From an uncultured Chloroflexia bacterium (GTDB taxonomy: Bacteria; Chloroflexota; Limnocylindria; Limnocylindrales; CSP1-4), in NCBI GenBank assembly GCA_963743815.1, contig CAVURB010000014.1, positions 261,719-325,718 on the forward strand: a DNA stretch of 64,000 nucleotides. The letters are read 5' to 3'. This document shows, in pieces, positions 1 through 9,859 of the stretch. The notes beneath the pieces were generated by a model. That model searched no databases. It saw only the letters and a program-made list of their open reading frames with translations, and was not told the origin of the DNA. Within the stretch, counting starts at the first letter, position 1, and each line of letters opens with the position of its first letter. Made by a program: the position numbers and the translations under genes.

Positions 1-460
1 CGGCTCCCGACAGCGCCATCGCGTGCGCCTCGATCGGGATGATGAGCTCGCGGACGCCCATCAGGACGCCGATGGTGAGGTACGACAGTGACGGCGGGCA
101 GTCGATGATCACGCACGTCCACCGCCGCGGCAGGCGCCGGATCGCTCGGGAGATCCCGAGGCTCAGCTGACCCTGGATCGATCGCTCCGCCGTGACCAGC
201 CACTCGGTGGCGGCGATGATCTCGAGCCCGGGGACGTCGGTCGGCGTTGCCAGGCGGGTCAGGTCGAACGACCGCTGCAGGGCTTCCCCCATGCCCCACT
301 CGTCGCCGCGCCGGCCGAGCCACTCGGACGCGCTGCCCTGCGGATCGAGGTCGATGAGGAGGACGGGAGACCGGATCTCGGCGATGGCCGCGGCGGTATT
401 GACCGCGGTGGTCGTCTTGCCGCTGCCGCCCTTGCGGTTGATGACGGCGATCGTTCGCAC
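1..460 (-). CDS. ParA/Soj/MinD-family P-loop ATPase, partial (C-terminus beyond the left edge)
   Basis: My own translation of the minus strand from the GTG at 460 gives VRTIAVINRKGGSGKTTTAVNTAAAIAEIRSPVLLIDLDPQGSASEWLG...IIDCPPSLSYLT. It carries the deviant Walker A motif KGGSGKTT. It is absent from the ORF track because it runs off the window. Confidence 0.85.
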   Translation of the reverse strand, partial: MRTIAVINRKGGSGKTTTAVNTAAAIAEIRSPVLLIDLDPQGSASEWLGRRGDEWGMGEALQRSFDLTRLATPTDVPGLEIIAATEWLVTAERSIQGQLSLGISRAIRRLPRRWTCVIIDCPPSLSYLTIGVLMGVRELIIPIEAHAMALSGA

Positions 461-589
461 GCGCCCCTCAGCCCTGCATCGTGGCCAACAGAGTGCACGG
501 CCTCACCGCGGCGCGCTCAAGGCCGTGATCGTACCGCAATCGGTGCGGGCGTGGCAGTACGGATCGTCGATCTCGGCACCGGCCGAGGC

Positions 590-1051
590 TCAGTCCTCCG
601 TGCCGGTCCCCAGAAGCGTCCCGTCGCTCGTCATCACCGCCCACGCGAGGTGCCGAGGCGTCGTGTCACCAGCGAGCGTGTCCACGGGCGGGGCGCCGCG
701 GACCATGACGCGGACGTACCAGACGGCCGCGGGTTCGGCGATGCCCATGCGACTCGCCCCGGATCGGGCGAGGCCCAGTGCCGTCGGATCGAGGCGTGCC
801 AGCACCTCGAGGTCGGTGATCGAGTGACTGAGGATCACGGTCCCGCTCGGCAGGGCACTCGATGTGGTCGCCCGGACCTGGCCGATGGCGATCTCGCCGT
901 CCATCGGCGGGACGAATCGGACCGCCGGTCGCCGCTGCCAGACCTCGTCGACCCAGACGATGCGCTCGATGACGAAGCCCTCGTTCGGGTGGCGGGCGCT
1001 CGACCGCGGGTCGGCAAGACGCGGATCGTCGAACCGTCCGAGCACGACCAC
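590..1051 (-). CDS. hypothetical protein; possibly the C-terminal part of the upstream ORF
   Basis: 153-aa ORF with protein-like composition, same strand as parA. Its frame stays open upstream across 1052-1097, so a single indel would fuse it to 1098..1682. Confidence 0.45.
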   Translation of the reverse strand: MVVLGRFDDPRLADPRSSARHPNEGFVIERIVWVDEVWQRRPAVRFVPPMDGEIAIGQVRATTSSALPSGTVILSHSITDLEVLARLDPTALGLARSGASRMGIAEPAAVWYVRVMVRGAPPVDTLAGDTTPRHLAWAVMTSDGTLLGTGTED

Positions 1052-1097
1052 CGGGACCGATCGGATCGGCGCGATGACCGGATCGTCACCGGTTGGG

Positions 1098-1682
1098 CTA
1101 CGAGGTCGGTGGCGCTGCGACGGCGTGGGCTTCGAGGTCGACGAGGCTCACCTCGGGGAATGACGCGGCATGGAGGTGCGTGACGCCCTCGGACATGATC
1201 CAGTCGACCACCCCGTCGGACCAGGCCAGGAACGCGTCGGGACCGTCGGCGATGATCAGTTCCCGACGGCAGGCCAGGGCGTCGGCGATGGTCGGTGCGT
1301 CATCGACGACGAAGCAATCGCTTGGACCGGGATGGACGGTCGCGAACCCCTGGACCGCGACGATCTCGTCCCCGGTCCTGCCATCTCGCCGACGCTCGAG
1401 CATCGCGGTGACCGTCCGTGTCGGTAGGCCGAGAACGCGCGACGGGAACGCAGGAGGTCCCGCCGGTTCCTCGGGCGGTGTCGGGGCCGCGTCCGTCGCC
1501 ACCCCGCTCGGTGACGGCGAGACCGACGATCGGGGCTCGATGGCGGACTCGGATCGTCGCGCCCCCAACGCCCCGACCCCGATGACCGCGACCAGGAGCA
1601 GCACCGGTGCCGCGGCACCGACCACGAGGCGCGCACGACGGCGCGACGATGGCGGGATCGCGGGTGTCGGCTCGATCAGCAT
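1098..1682 (-). CDS. hypothetical membrane-anchored protein
   Basis: 194-aa ORF with one N-terminal hydrophobic helix (LVVGAAAPVLLLVAVIGVGAL) followed by a Pro/Ser linker and a globular part. I do not recognise the family. Confidence 0.5.
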   Translation of the reverse strand: MLIEPTPAIPPSSRRRARLVVGAAAPVLLLVAVIGVGALGARRSESAIEPRSSVSPSPSGVATDAAPTPPEEPAGPPAFPSRVLGLPTRTVTAMLERRRDGRTGDEIVAVQGFATVHPGPSDCFVVDDAPTIADALACRRELIIADGPDAFLAWSDGVVDWIMSEGVTHLHAASFPEVSLVDLEAHAVAAPPTS

Positions 1683-1751
1683 CAGAACCCCGTGGCATGG
1701 GCCGGACCATGAGAGCGTACCGCGCTCGTCCGTCCGGTACCCTCGCGAGCC

Positions 1752-3072
1752 ATGGCCACCACCCCACCGCTCAACACCGACTACGAGCGACGATCGTTCT
1801 GGCAGGCGACCATGCCGGAGCAGCCGGACCGGTCCGCACGGCCGCTGCCCGCCAGCGCCGACGTCGCCGTGATCGGTGGGGGCTATGCCGGCATCAACGC
1901 CGCCCGCGAGCTCGCGTCACGGGGCGTCGCCGTCACGCTCCTCGAGGCGCACACGCTGGGCTGGGGAGCATCCACCCGGAACGGCGGCATCGTCCACGCC
2001 GGCTACAAGTGGAGTGCGCGTCAGCTCATCGAGCGATACGGGCCCGAGACCGGCACCGCCCTCTATCAGGAGACGCTCGATTCCTATGCGCTCGTCAAGC
2101 GACGCATCGCCGAGGATGCCATCGACTGTGACTTCCGCGAGGTGGGCCATCTCGAGCTCGCCTACGCCCCGGCGCACGTGCCCGAGCTGGAGCATGCCCG
2201 CACGAGCCTGGCCTCCGTCGGCGTCGCCTCCGCCGTCCTGCCGCGCGAGCGGATCCGCGAGGAGATCGGGACGGACGCCTACTTCGGGGCGCTCGTCGTG
2301 GAAGGGAGTGGTCTCGTCCACCCGGGTCGGTACTTCGCCGGCCTCGCCGCCGCAGCCGATCGCGCCGGCGCCGACCTGCACGAGGGCGTCCGTGCGCGCT
2401 CGATCCGCCGCGGTGCCGATGGCGGGTTCGTCGTCGAGACGACACGTGGGGCGATCCGCGCGCGCGACGTCTTCGTGGCCACGAACGGCTACACGGACGG
2501 TGTCGTCCCAACGCTGCGGCGCCGGATCATGGGGATCGGTTCGTTCATCATCGCGAGCGAGCCGTTGCCGGAGGATCTGGCGCGGGAACTGTCGCCCAAC
2601 GGCCGGGCGTTCTTCGATACGAAGAACTTCCTGTACTACTGGCACGTGTCGGCGGATCGCCGGATGATCTTCGGTGGACGAGCCTCGTTCCTTCCGACCT
2701 CGATCGACAAGACCGCCGGCATCCTGTGGCGCGGCCTGATGGAGGTCCACCCGCAGCTCGCGGACTACCGGATCGAGTACGCGTGGGGTGGCAACGTCGG
2801 CTTCACGTTCGACCGGATGCCGCACGTGGGGCGGACGAAGGACGGCGTGACCTACGCGATGGGTTGCTGCGGCACCGGTGTGGCGCTCATGACGCATCTC
2901 GGCACGCGCGTGGGGGCGTGGCTGGCCGGCGGCGAGCCTCCCGCTCTCGCGAAGCTCGACCTTCCCCCTGGTGCCGGCACCCTACGAGGGCCGGCCATGG
3001 TTCCTGCCGTTCGCCGGAGAGTGGTTCCGCCTGCAGGACCGGCTGGCGGCGAGGTCTCGCAGCAAGGCATAG
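1752..3072 (+). CDS. FAD-dependent oxidoreductase (DAO family), one frame break near 2961-2968
   Basis: N-terminal dinucleotide-binding motif DVAVIGGGYAGINAAREL. The conserved C-terminus FPLVPAPYEGRPWFLPFAGEWFRLQDRLAARSRSKA* lies in the +1 frame from 2962 to the TAG at 3070-3072. The shift is at a C5 run (2964-2968). Confidence 0.8.
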
Positions 3073-3113
3073 TTGCTCGCACGCGGCAGCAATCCCCAGA
3101 GGAGAGAGCCGTC

Positions 3114-3519
3114 ATGACCGACACCGCGGATCTGTTGGCAGACCGTGCCGTTGCTGTCCGGCCTGGACCGCAAGCAGCTGGAGTCGCTGGCCCGCGACTT
3201 CTCCGAGCGGACGTTCCCGGCGGGCTCGGTGGTCGTCCGGGAGGGCGACGATCACGGCGTCGGCTTCTTCGTCGTCGCCGACGGCGAGGGCGCGTGACGG
3301 TCAAGGGCAACGAGGTCGCCAGGGTCGGTCCCGGGGAGCTACTTCGGCGAGGTGGCCCTGATCAGCGACCGGGTCCGGACGGCGACCGTGACGGCGACGA
3401 CGGACCTGCGCTGCATGGTCATGACGATGTGGGACTTCCGCGCGTTCGTGCGTGGCGACGCGGAGGTCGCCTGGAAGCTGCTCCAGCACGTCGGCGGGAT
3501 GCTGCACACCAAGGACTGA
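3114..3519 (+). CDS. cyclic nucleotide-binding (Crp-like effector) domain protein, three frame breaks
   Basis: ATG at 3114 follows GGAGAGAG. Joining three frames gives LLSGLDRKQLESLARDFSERTFPAGSVVVREGDDHGVGFFVVADGE...VTVKGNEVARVGPG.YFGEVALISDRVRTATVTATTDLRCMVMTMWDFRAFV...HTKD*. Shifts are near 3145, 3294 and 3340. Confidence 0.7.
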
Positions 3520-3594
3520 GGGGCGACGGTCGGAAGCTAGCGGATGCAACCCGCGAGCTGCTTCGAGACCTCCGGGCACGTCGGCGTCCGTGAG

Positions 3595-3975
3595 TCACGA
3601 TCTGGAGGTCGCCGTCCGGGATCGACGCCATGATCATCGGGACCGAAACGACCGTGCCGTTGATCGCGATCGCGAGGAACTCACCAGTGTGCCCGGCGGT
3701 ATGGGCCGCCAGTCGGACGATGGCATCGCCACGGAGTCGGAGCTGGATCGAGGACCCCTGTTCATCGACGACGACGGATGTCTGATCAGCGTCGAAGTCG
3801 CCCGAACCGGCGATGACGAACAGGTCATCGGGCATCGTTTCGCCGGCGAGGACGTCGGTTCCGGGCCAAGCGCGGCGATCGAGATGTCGCACGGGAGCGG
3901 CACGACACCGCAACCCGGACGAGGCCGGTCGTCAGTCGCGACGGCGATCAGGACGATCACGAGTCGCGTCCTCAC
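3595..3975 (-). CDS. small secreted or membrane-anchored hypothetical protein (both ends uncertain, frame break)
   Basis: The GTG at 3975 overlaps an out-of-frame TGA as GTGA, and the hydrophobic start VRTRLVIVLIAVA follows it. The core DDLFVIAGSGDFDADQTSVVVDEQGSSIQLRLRGDAIVRLAAHTAGHTGEFLAIAINGTVVSVPMIMASIPDGDLQIV resembles a SecD-type periplasmic head segment. Confidence 0.35.
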
Positions 3976-5597
3976 GGACGCGACCGCGAGCTGGCGCAAG
4001 GTGTCCAGCAGGTGGTCGATGTCGTCCTCGGTCGCGAGGTAGTTGACGATCCCGGCCCGGAGCCAGGTCGCGCCGCGCAGGCGGGTCGTCGTCAGCCAGC
4101 CGTCACCGGACACTTCCAGGGCGGCTTGGAGCGCGTCCTGGTGGGCGTCGAGCGTGGCCGGCTCCAGCGCGAGCGCGGCGTCGCGACCGCCGGGAAGGTG
4201 CCGGAAGCACACCACGCTGAGGTCCGGGACCGCCGGGAGCGCCTCGAAGTCGTCGGCCTCGGCGCAGCGCATCGCGAGGTACGCGGCGAGGTCGTCGTTG
4301 GCCTCGATCAGCCGACCGAAGCCGGTCGTCCCGAGGTGCTTCCAGGTCATCCATAGCTTCAGGGCTCGCCAGCGACGGGTGCCCTCGAACGAGAGCTTGT
4401 AGAAGTTGAGCTGCTCGTCGTGATCGTCGGGTGCCGGGTCGGCGACGACTCCCACCGGAGTCTCGCCACCGCGGTAGTACTCCGGCGTGCGACCCGCCGA
4501 AGACGGCAGGCAGCGTCCTCCCGTCGCGAACCAGCAGCCCGCCGATGTCGTAGGCCTGGAAGAACCACTTGTGCGGATCCACCGTGACCGAGTCGGCGCG
4601 GTCCAGGTCGCGCACCCGATCGCGGTCGCGTTCGGACAGGCGCGCCGCACCCCCGTACGCCGCATCCACGTGGAGCCACAGGTCCTCGGCAGCGGCGATG
4701 TCGGCGAGCTCGCCGACCGCGTCCACGGTGCCGGTGTTGGTGGAGCCCGCGACGCAGGCGATCGCGAACGGCGTCAGGCCGGCGGCACGATCGCGGGACG
4801 ACGGCGGCCGCGACCGGCGCCCCGCGCAGGCGGAACTGGTCGTCGGCGGGCAGGACGACGAGGGTCTCGGGCGGGAACCCGAGCTCGTCGAGGGCGCGCG
4901 CGATGCTGAAGTGCGTCTGGTCGCTCGTGTAGACCCGTGCGCCCTCCAGGTGCCGACCACGCGGCGGACGCATCCAGCCCGCGGATGCGCCCGAGCTGGA
5001 GGTCGCGCGCGAGGGTCATCGCCATGAAGTTCGCCATGACGCCGCCGCTCGTCAGCAGCCCGAAGCCCGTCCGGCCCGTAGCCCACGAGGTCGCACAGCC
5101 AGCGGACGACCTCCTCCTCGACGAAGGCGGCGAACGGACCGGCATGCCAGACGTCGACGCCCTGGTTCGCGACCTGGGCGAGGAGTTCGCCCATGATCGA
5201 CATCGGCAGCGGCGGCGGCGTGAAGTAGCCGAACTGCCGCGGATGCTGGCTGTTCATCAGGCCGCCGGCGAGGCGCGCCTCGAATTCGGCGATGACATCG
5301 GCCGCGGAGGAGGGGCCTTGCGGCGCCGCCTCCGGACCGGTCGCCGGCCCGGCCGGGATGCGACGCGTAATACCGCCGGCGCGCCTCGGCGTACGGGGAG
5401 GGGTCGCCCATCGCGCGGTCCATCGCGTGGCCGTACAGGTAGTCCAGGGCGGCGGTCCAGGTCGCAGTGCCGAGTCGTTCGAGGGCGTCGCGGGACGCCC
5501 CTTCGTCTCGATATCCGATGAGCTCGGGCTCGGGATGCCACGCGAATCGGGCGAGATAGGCGTCGAGATCGGGCGGGGCGGTGGGTCGGGCGTCCAT
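3972..5597 (-). pseudogene. group II pyridoxal-dependent amino-acid decarboxylase, about six frame breaks
   Basis: Fragments in three frames tile a full-length enzyme: MDARPTAPPDLDAYLARF..., MNSQHPRQFGYFTPPPLPMSIMGELLAQVANQG, SGGVMANFMAMTLARD, VYTSDQTHFSIARALDELG, IACVAGSTNTGTVDAV..LWLHVDAAYGG..SVTVDPHKWFFQ (PLP-lysine motif) and LSFEGTRRWRALKLWMTWKHLG..DIDHLLDTLRQL. Confidence 0.75.
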
Positions 5598-5649
5598 CGC
5601 GACCGATGGTAGCGGCACCGCGCCGACCCATCGTCGTACCCTGTCGCCC

Positions 5650-6183
5650 ATGACCGACTTCGACCTCGCGACGCACGACCCCGACGGCCGCGAGCGCCTG
5701 ATCGCCGCCCTGGCACCCCTCGGGATCGACTACGAGCTCTTCGCCTGCGACCCCGCTCTCGCCGACACGGCGGCGTTCTGCGCCGCATACGGCTTTGCGC
5801 CGGAGGACTCCGCGAACACGATCCTGGTGATCGGCAAGAGCGATCCGCCGCGGTACGCGGCATGTGTCGTGCTCGCGCCGAACCGGCTCGACGTCAACCG
5901 CGCGGTTCGCGACCGGCTGGGAACCCGCAAGGCGTCGTTCGCGGCGTCGGACTCGACCCGGGACATCACGGGGATGGAGATCGGCGGCGTCACCGTGTTC
6001 GGGCTGCCGGACACCATGCCGATCTGGGTCGACGCGCGGGTGATGGAGCGCAAACGCATCGTGGTCGGCGGCGGTTCACGGTCGTGGAAGGTGATCCTGG
6101 ATCCGGCCAGCCTGCTGTCGATCAGGGGGGTGTCGGTCGTGGAGGGCCTGGCGACCGATCCGGCGGCGCCGCCTGCGTCGTAG
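5650..6183 (+). CDS. YbaK/EbsC-type aminoacyl-tRNA deacylase (editing) domain protein
   Basis: In-frame ATG at 5650. The sequence NTILVIGKSDPPRYAACVVLAPNRLDVNRAVRDRLGTRKASFAASDSTRDITGMEIGGVTVFGLP...RIVVGGGSRSWKVILDP is typical of the YbaK fold. Confidence 0.65.
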   Translation: MTDFDLATHDPDGRERLIAALAPLGIDYELFACDPALADTAAFCAAYGFAPEDSANTILVIGKSDPPRYAACVVLAPNRLDVNRAVRDRLGTRKASFAASDSTRDITGMEIGGVTVFGLPDTMPIWVDARVMERKRIVVGGGSRSWKVILDPASLLSIRGVSVVEGLATDPAAPPAS

Positions 6184-6209
6184 CGCGCCCTCCCGTATCG
6201 TTCTCGTTC

Positions 6210-6696
6210 GTGACCGACACCGACCCGACGCCACCGCGTCGCCCGCGCCCCACCGGACCCGTCCAGTACAAGGGTGACGATCTCGAAGCCGAGCGCGGAC
6301 CGGGTCTTGGATGCTTCCGGTTCCAGGTCGTGGTGCTGGTCGTCCTGCTCGTCCTGACGCCGCTGTCGGTGGCCTGGAACTGGCCGGCCGTCGTGAGCAC
6401 GATCCTGCTCTTCACGGTCATCCTGCTGCTGCTCGTGACGGGCCAGACGATCATCTTCCTGTTGCGACTCGTGTCGGCCGACCGACGTGGTCGACGCCGG
6501 CCGCTCGCGAGTGATAGCAAGACGGTCGGCGAGCTCGAGGACGAGGGCGCCGGCGCGGACGAGGGCCGGGACGCAGGTGCCGAGCGGAGGCGGGTGCGGC
6601 CGCGAGTCGGACGCCGCCGCCGAGCCGGAGGCCGGTGCGGCCGCCGAGTCGGACGCCGCCGCCGCCGAGTCTCCGCGGTCCGAAGGTCCCGCCTAG
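6210..6696 (+). CDS. small membrane protein with an acidic repetitive tail (one frame break)
   Basis: Start at the GTG at 6210. There are two hydrophobic helices (FRFQVVVLVVLLVLTPLSVAW, VVSTILLFTVILLLLVTGQTIIFLL). The tail ESDAAAEPEAGAAAESDAAAAESPRSEGPA* is in a second frame. A hairpin at 6713-6731, just after that stop, supports 6696 as the true end. Confidence 0.45.
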
Positions 6697-6712
6697 TCTC
6701 CAGGCGATTCCC

Positions 6713-6731
6713 GTGGACGTCGAAGGTCCAC
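6713..6731 (+). terminator. hairpin GTGGAC-7nt-GTCCAC between convergent genes
   Basis: Perfect 6-bp stem, 17 nt after the TAG at 6694-6696, in a 170-nt convergent intergenic gap. There is no U-tract, so it is tentative. Confidence 0.35.
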
Positions 6732-6866
6732 TTCGCGTCCCGCCAAGTCCGTGATGACTAGGCCGGAAGCTCCCGGGCCTGGGACCGGCAATTCCCGCTC
6801 GATCTCGTCCACGAGATTCGCCCCAGCACTAGGCGGGACGTTCGCGGCGGGCGCGCGGAACAGCGA

Positions 6867-7538
6867 TCAGGGCGTGATCTGGAACGCTCCGGTCGCGAGG
6901 CGCTCCTGGCCCACCAGGAAGTCGATGGCGTACGACCCCGGCGCCAGGCCCGGCGTGATGTCGTTGTAGATGCATTCGAAGCTCGTGGGGGCGGGCGGCT
7001 CGTCAGTCGTGAAGTCCTCCCCATCAGGGCCGGTCACGGCCATCGTGATGACCTCGCCGGCAGACACCGTTCGCTCGAGATGTGCCACGAGGTGGATGGT
7101 GGCGGTCGACGGGAACGTCGTCGCCTCGCCGGTCACCGAGCACTCCGTGCCGCCCGTCCCGAACTGGACGGTGCCCTGCAGGAGCGACGCCACCTGGCCG
7201 CCGAGGAAGATGAGCGCCACGACCGCCAGCGTGAGAAGGAGCCCGCCCACCGCGACGATGATCGCGGCCACGATGGCGCAACCCTTGGCAAGGCCCATGC
7301 CACTGCTCTGGGCGGGCGGCGGCGTCCAGCCGGCGCTCGTCGCCGAAGCCGGCGGCACCGAGTCCGGCTCGCTCGGCACCAGGTCGGGCTCGCTCGGCAC
7401 CGACGCCGGCACCGGTCGGGCGGCTCGGCACCGGCGCGGACTCCGGCTCGCTCGGCGTCTCCGGCGCCGACGCCGGCGCGGGCTCCGTGTGGGGCGTCCT
7501 GCATCGATCGGTGTCGACGGGTCGCTCGGTCCAGTCAT
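6867..7538 (-). CDS. membrane-anchored hypothetical protein with a Pro/Glu/Ser-rich N-terminal region
   Basis: 223-aa ORF with a TM helix (CAIVAAIIVAVGGLLLTLAVVALIFLG) and a C-terminal beta-rich domain. The Arg-rich first 40 residues look out of frame, and the alternative frame reads TEPAPASAPETPSEPESAPVPS, so the start is uncertain. Confidence 0.5.
   Translation of the reverse strand: MTGPSDPSTPIDAGRPTRSPRRRRRRRRRASRSPRRCRAARPVPASVPSEPDLVPSEPDSVPPASATSAGWTPPPAQSSGMGLAKGCAIVAAIIVAVGGLLLTLAVVALIFLGGQVASLLQGTVQFGTGGTECSVTGEATTFPSTATIHLVAHLERTVSAGEVITMAVTGPDGEDFTTDEPPAPTSFECIYNDITPGLAPGSYAIDFLVGQERLATGAFQITP
7364..7405. repeat. 21-bp tandem duplication inside a CDS
   Basis: ccggctcgctcggcaccaggt / cgggctcgctcggcaccgacg. 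On the minus strand it encodes VPSEPDLVPSEPDSVP. Confidence 0.6.
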
Positions 7539-7625
7539 CCAGGCACCTCCTCCACGCGTGACGCCGGACGGGGCAGGCCGTTACAGGCGCACGCGATGAG
7601 CATGGCCCCGTGCGACAATGCCTGC

Positions 7626-7952
7626 ATGCCCGTGCTCGCGACCTACTTCTCCGTCCGCCGTGGCCGCGACCCGTTCTTCAAGTTCTTCATGCGCACGATC
7701 TTCCCGCGCCAGGTGAAGGACTACGAGGAGAAGTTCGGGATCAAGTTCATCGGCTGGTACAACGTCGCGCACGGCTGGGACTTCGACAACGTGATCCTCA
7801 TGGAACTGCCGGACTACGCCACCCTCGACAAGCTCGAGGCGGACGAGGCGACGCGCGCGCTGGGTCACCGGGCCGGCGAGTGGATCTTCGAACGCCATCA
7901 CTCGATGTTCCTGCGCGAGCGCATGGGCACCGACCTCGAATACCATCCCTGA
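7626..7952 (+). CDS. hypothetical protein (108 aa)
   Basis: The in-frame ATG at 7626 follows a GACAAT -10-like box. The composition is protein-like (FKFFMRTIFPRQVKDYEEKFGIKFIGWYNVAHGWDFDNVILMELPDYATLDKLEADE...). I do not recognise the family. Confidence 0.5.
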   Translation: MPVLATYFSVRRGRDPFFKFFMRTIFPRQVKDYEEKFGIKFIGWYNVAHGWDFDNVILMELPDYATLDKLEADEATRALGHRAGEWIFERHHSMFLRERMGTDLEYHP

Positions 7953-7961
7953 CCCGGGCCG

Positions 7962-8993
7962 ATGAGCATCCGACGCGAGAACCTGCCACCCGGCGACGAA
8001 CCGACCAGACGGAGGCGAACCATGGATACGGGCCGCAACGACCTGCTCGGTGAAGTCGCGCAAGACGCCGCCCTCGAGCGCGGCGACTTCCTCGTCCAGA
8101 GCACGGAGCAGCTGCGCCGGTTCCTCGACCGCCACAAGGAGCGCATCGCGGTCCTCGGCGGCCTGACCCTGATCGACGAGGAGCCCGATTACCTCTCGAT
8201 CGCCCCCGATCTCTCGTTCCGCAGCCGAAGCCGGTACCTCGACGACCTGTCCGGGGAATGGGTCAGCGAGACCGAGGTCATCGAGTCCGCCTCCGAACTC
8301 GTCGAGCTCTACAACCCGGCCGACATCTACGCGGCATTCGCCGAGGCGGCCCGCCAGGCCGCGGGCTTCGCCGAGGAACCGACGGCCAGCGACGACCTGA
8401 TGGATGCGGCCGGCATCTCGCCAGAAGAGACGATCACCCTTGGCGAGGACCCATACGCCGCCGCCGCCGACTCGTGGGCGGCCGGCCAGCCCGAGGCGAC
8501 CGTCCTCGACGACGACGAGACGGCCGCACGGCGCCTGTACGACCTCGCCCTCGAGTACCAGGAGCGCAGCCAGCGCAGCGAGTCGCGGCTCCTCGCCGAG
8601 TTCGAGGGCGCGGCGAGTTCCGCGTCGGCGCTCGTCGGCGAACTCGTGATCGTCGATGACGATGACGAGCGCCTGGTCCTCGCCGGCGAGCGGCGATTTC
8701 CGGGCCGAGGTCATCCCCGAGGATGCCGATGGCGAGTGGCGCTCGCTGACCAGCCCCGAGGATCTCGTCGAGTTCTACGACCCGACCGACGTCTTCGGTG
8801 ACCTGGCCGATGCACTCGCCGAGGCGTTCCCGGCCGTGGCACCCGAGTTCGCGGCGGACGCGGCAGAGGCGCCGCAGAGGACGCCGCGGAGGGCGTCGAG
8901 GCGGAGGCCGAGGCCGACGACACCGAGGCGGAGGCCGCGTCGCGGACGGACGCGGAGGACGCGGAGGGCCCGGAGGGCCGACCGAGCGCGTGA
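7962..8993 (+). CDS. acidic hypothetical protein with an internal duplication (two frame breaks)
   Basis: Two homologous segments: SGEWVSETEVIESASELVELYNPADIYAAFAEAARQA and DGEWRSLTSPEDLVEFYDPTDVFGDLADALAEAF. The acidic tail AEDAAEGVEAEAEADDTEAEAA...EGRPSA* ends at the TGA at 8991-8993, in a third frame. Confidence 0.5.
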
Positions 8994-8995
8994 CC

Positions 8996-9859
8996 ATGCG
9001 GCTCGCCGCGGCGGAGCTCGTGGAGAGTCGCGAGATCCTGCCGGGCCAGTGGCTCCAGGCCTATCACGCGCCCGAGCTCGCGACCGGTTCGCGGGCCGGC
9101 CAGTTCGTCCACATCCGCACCGGCGACTTCTCCGGGATGGTGCTGCGTCGCCCGTTCTCGCTCAACACGACCGACGCCGGGACCGGGATCGTGACGATCC
9201 ACTTCCGGGTCATCGGCCGAGGGACGGAGTGGTTCACGCGGCTGCGACCAGGTGACGCGGTGGATCTCCTGGGTCCGCTCGGCCGGCCATTCGAGGTGGA
9301 TCCGCGCAGTCGCCATCTGCTGTTGATCGCCGGAGGGCTTGGCATGGCGGGCGTTCGGATGCTGGCCGACGAGGCGGTCCGCGACGGACGCCAGGTCACG
9401 CTCCTGTTCGGTGCCGCGAGTTCGCGCGAGGTCTATCCCAGCAGCCTGCTGCCGGACGAAGTGGAGTACGTCGTCGCGACCGATGACGGCTCCATGGGCC
9501 ACCACGGCTACGTCACGGACCTGGTCCCCGAGTACGAGGCCTGGGCCGACCAGGCGTTCGCCTGTGGTCCGGCAGCGATGCTGGGCGTGCTGGCGCGACA
9601 GGCCGAGGGTCGTCGCGGGCGGCTCGGTGTCGCGAAGCTGGGACGCAAGCGAGGCGGTGGCAAGGCGGACCCGGTCGGCTCGCCGGCAGCGCGGCGCAAG
9701 ACGTTCCTGCAGGTCTCGATGGAGCAGAACATGGGCTGTGCCGTCGGAGCGTGCCTGGGTTGCGTCGTCATGAGCACGTCCGGTGTGCCGCAGCGGGTCT
9801 GTCGCGAGGGTCCGGTGTTCGCCTCGGACGAGCTCGCCTGGGACGGCGCCTGGACATGA
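8996..9859 (+). CDS. pyrK: dihydroorotate dehydrogenase (class 1B) electron-transfer subunit
   Basis: FAD/NAD-binding ferredoxin-reductase-like fold (RRPFSL, LLIAGGLGMAG) and the C-terminal 2Fe-2S motif MGCAVGACLGCVV...VCREGPVF. It lies directly upstream of pyrD. Confidence 0.85.
   Translation: MRLAAAELVESREILPGQWLQAYHAPELATGSRAGQFVHIRTGDFSGMVLRRPFSLNTTDAGTGIVTIHFRVIGRGTEWFTRLRPGDAVDLLGPLGRPFEVDPRSRHLLLIAGGLGMAGVRMLADEAVRDGRQVTLLFGAASSREVYPSSLLPDEVEYVVATDDGSMGHHGYVTDLVPEYEAWADQAFACGPAAMLGVLARQAEGRRGRLGVAKLGRKRGGGKADPVGSPAARRKTFLQVSMEQNMGCAVGACLGCVVMSTSGVPQRVCREGPVFASDELAWDGAWT

Noticed and set aside
1752-3593. 613-aa ORF suggesting an FAD oxidoreductase fused to a C-terminal domain
   Set aside because: After about residue 403 the translation becomes Arg/Gly/Pro noise. 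The genuine oxidoreductase C-terminus (FPLVPAPYEGRPWFLPF...) is in the +1 frame and stops at 3072. The rest overlaps the separate cNMP-binding gene out of frame.
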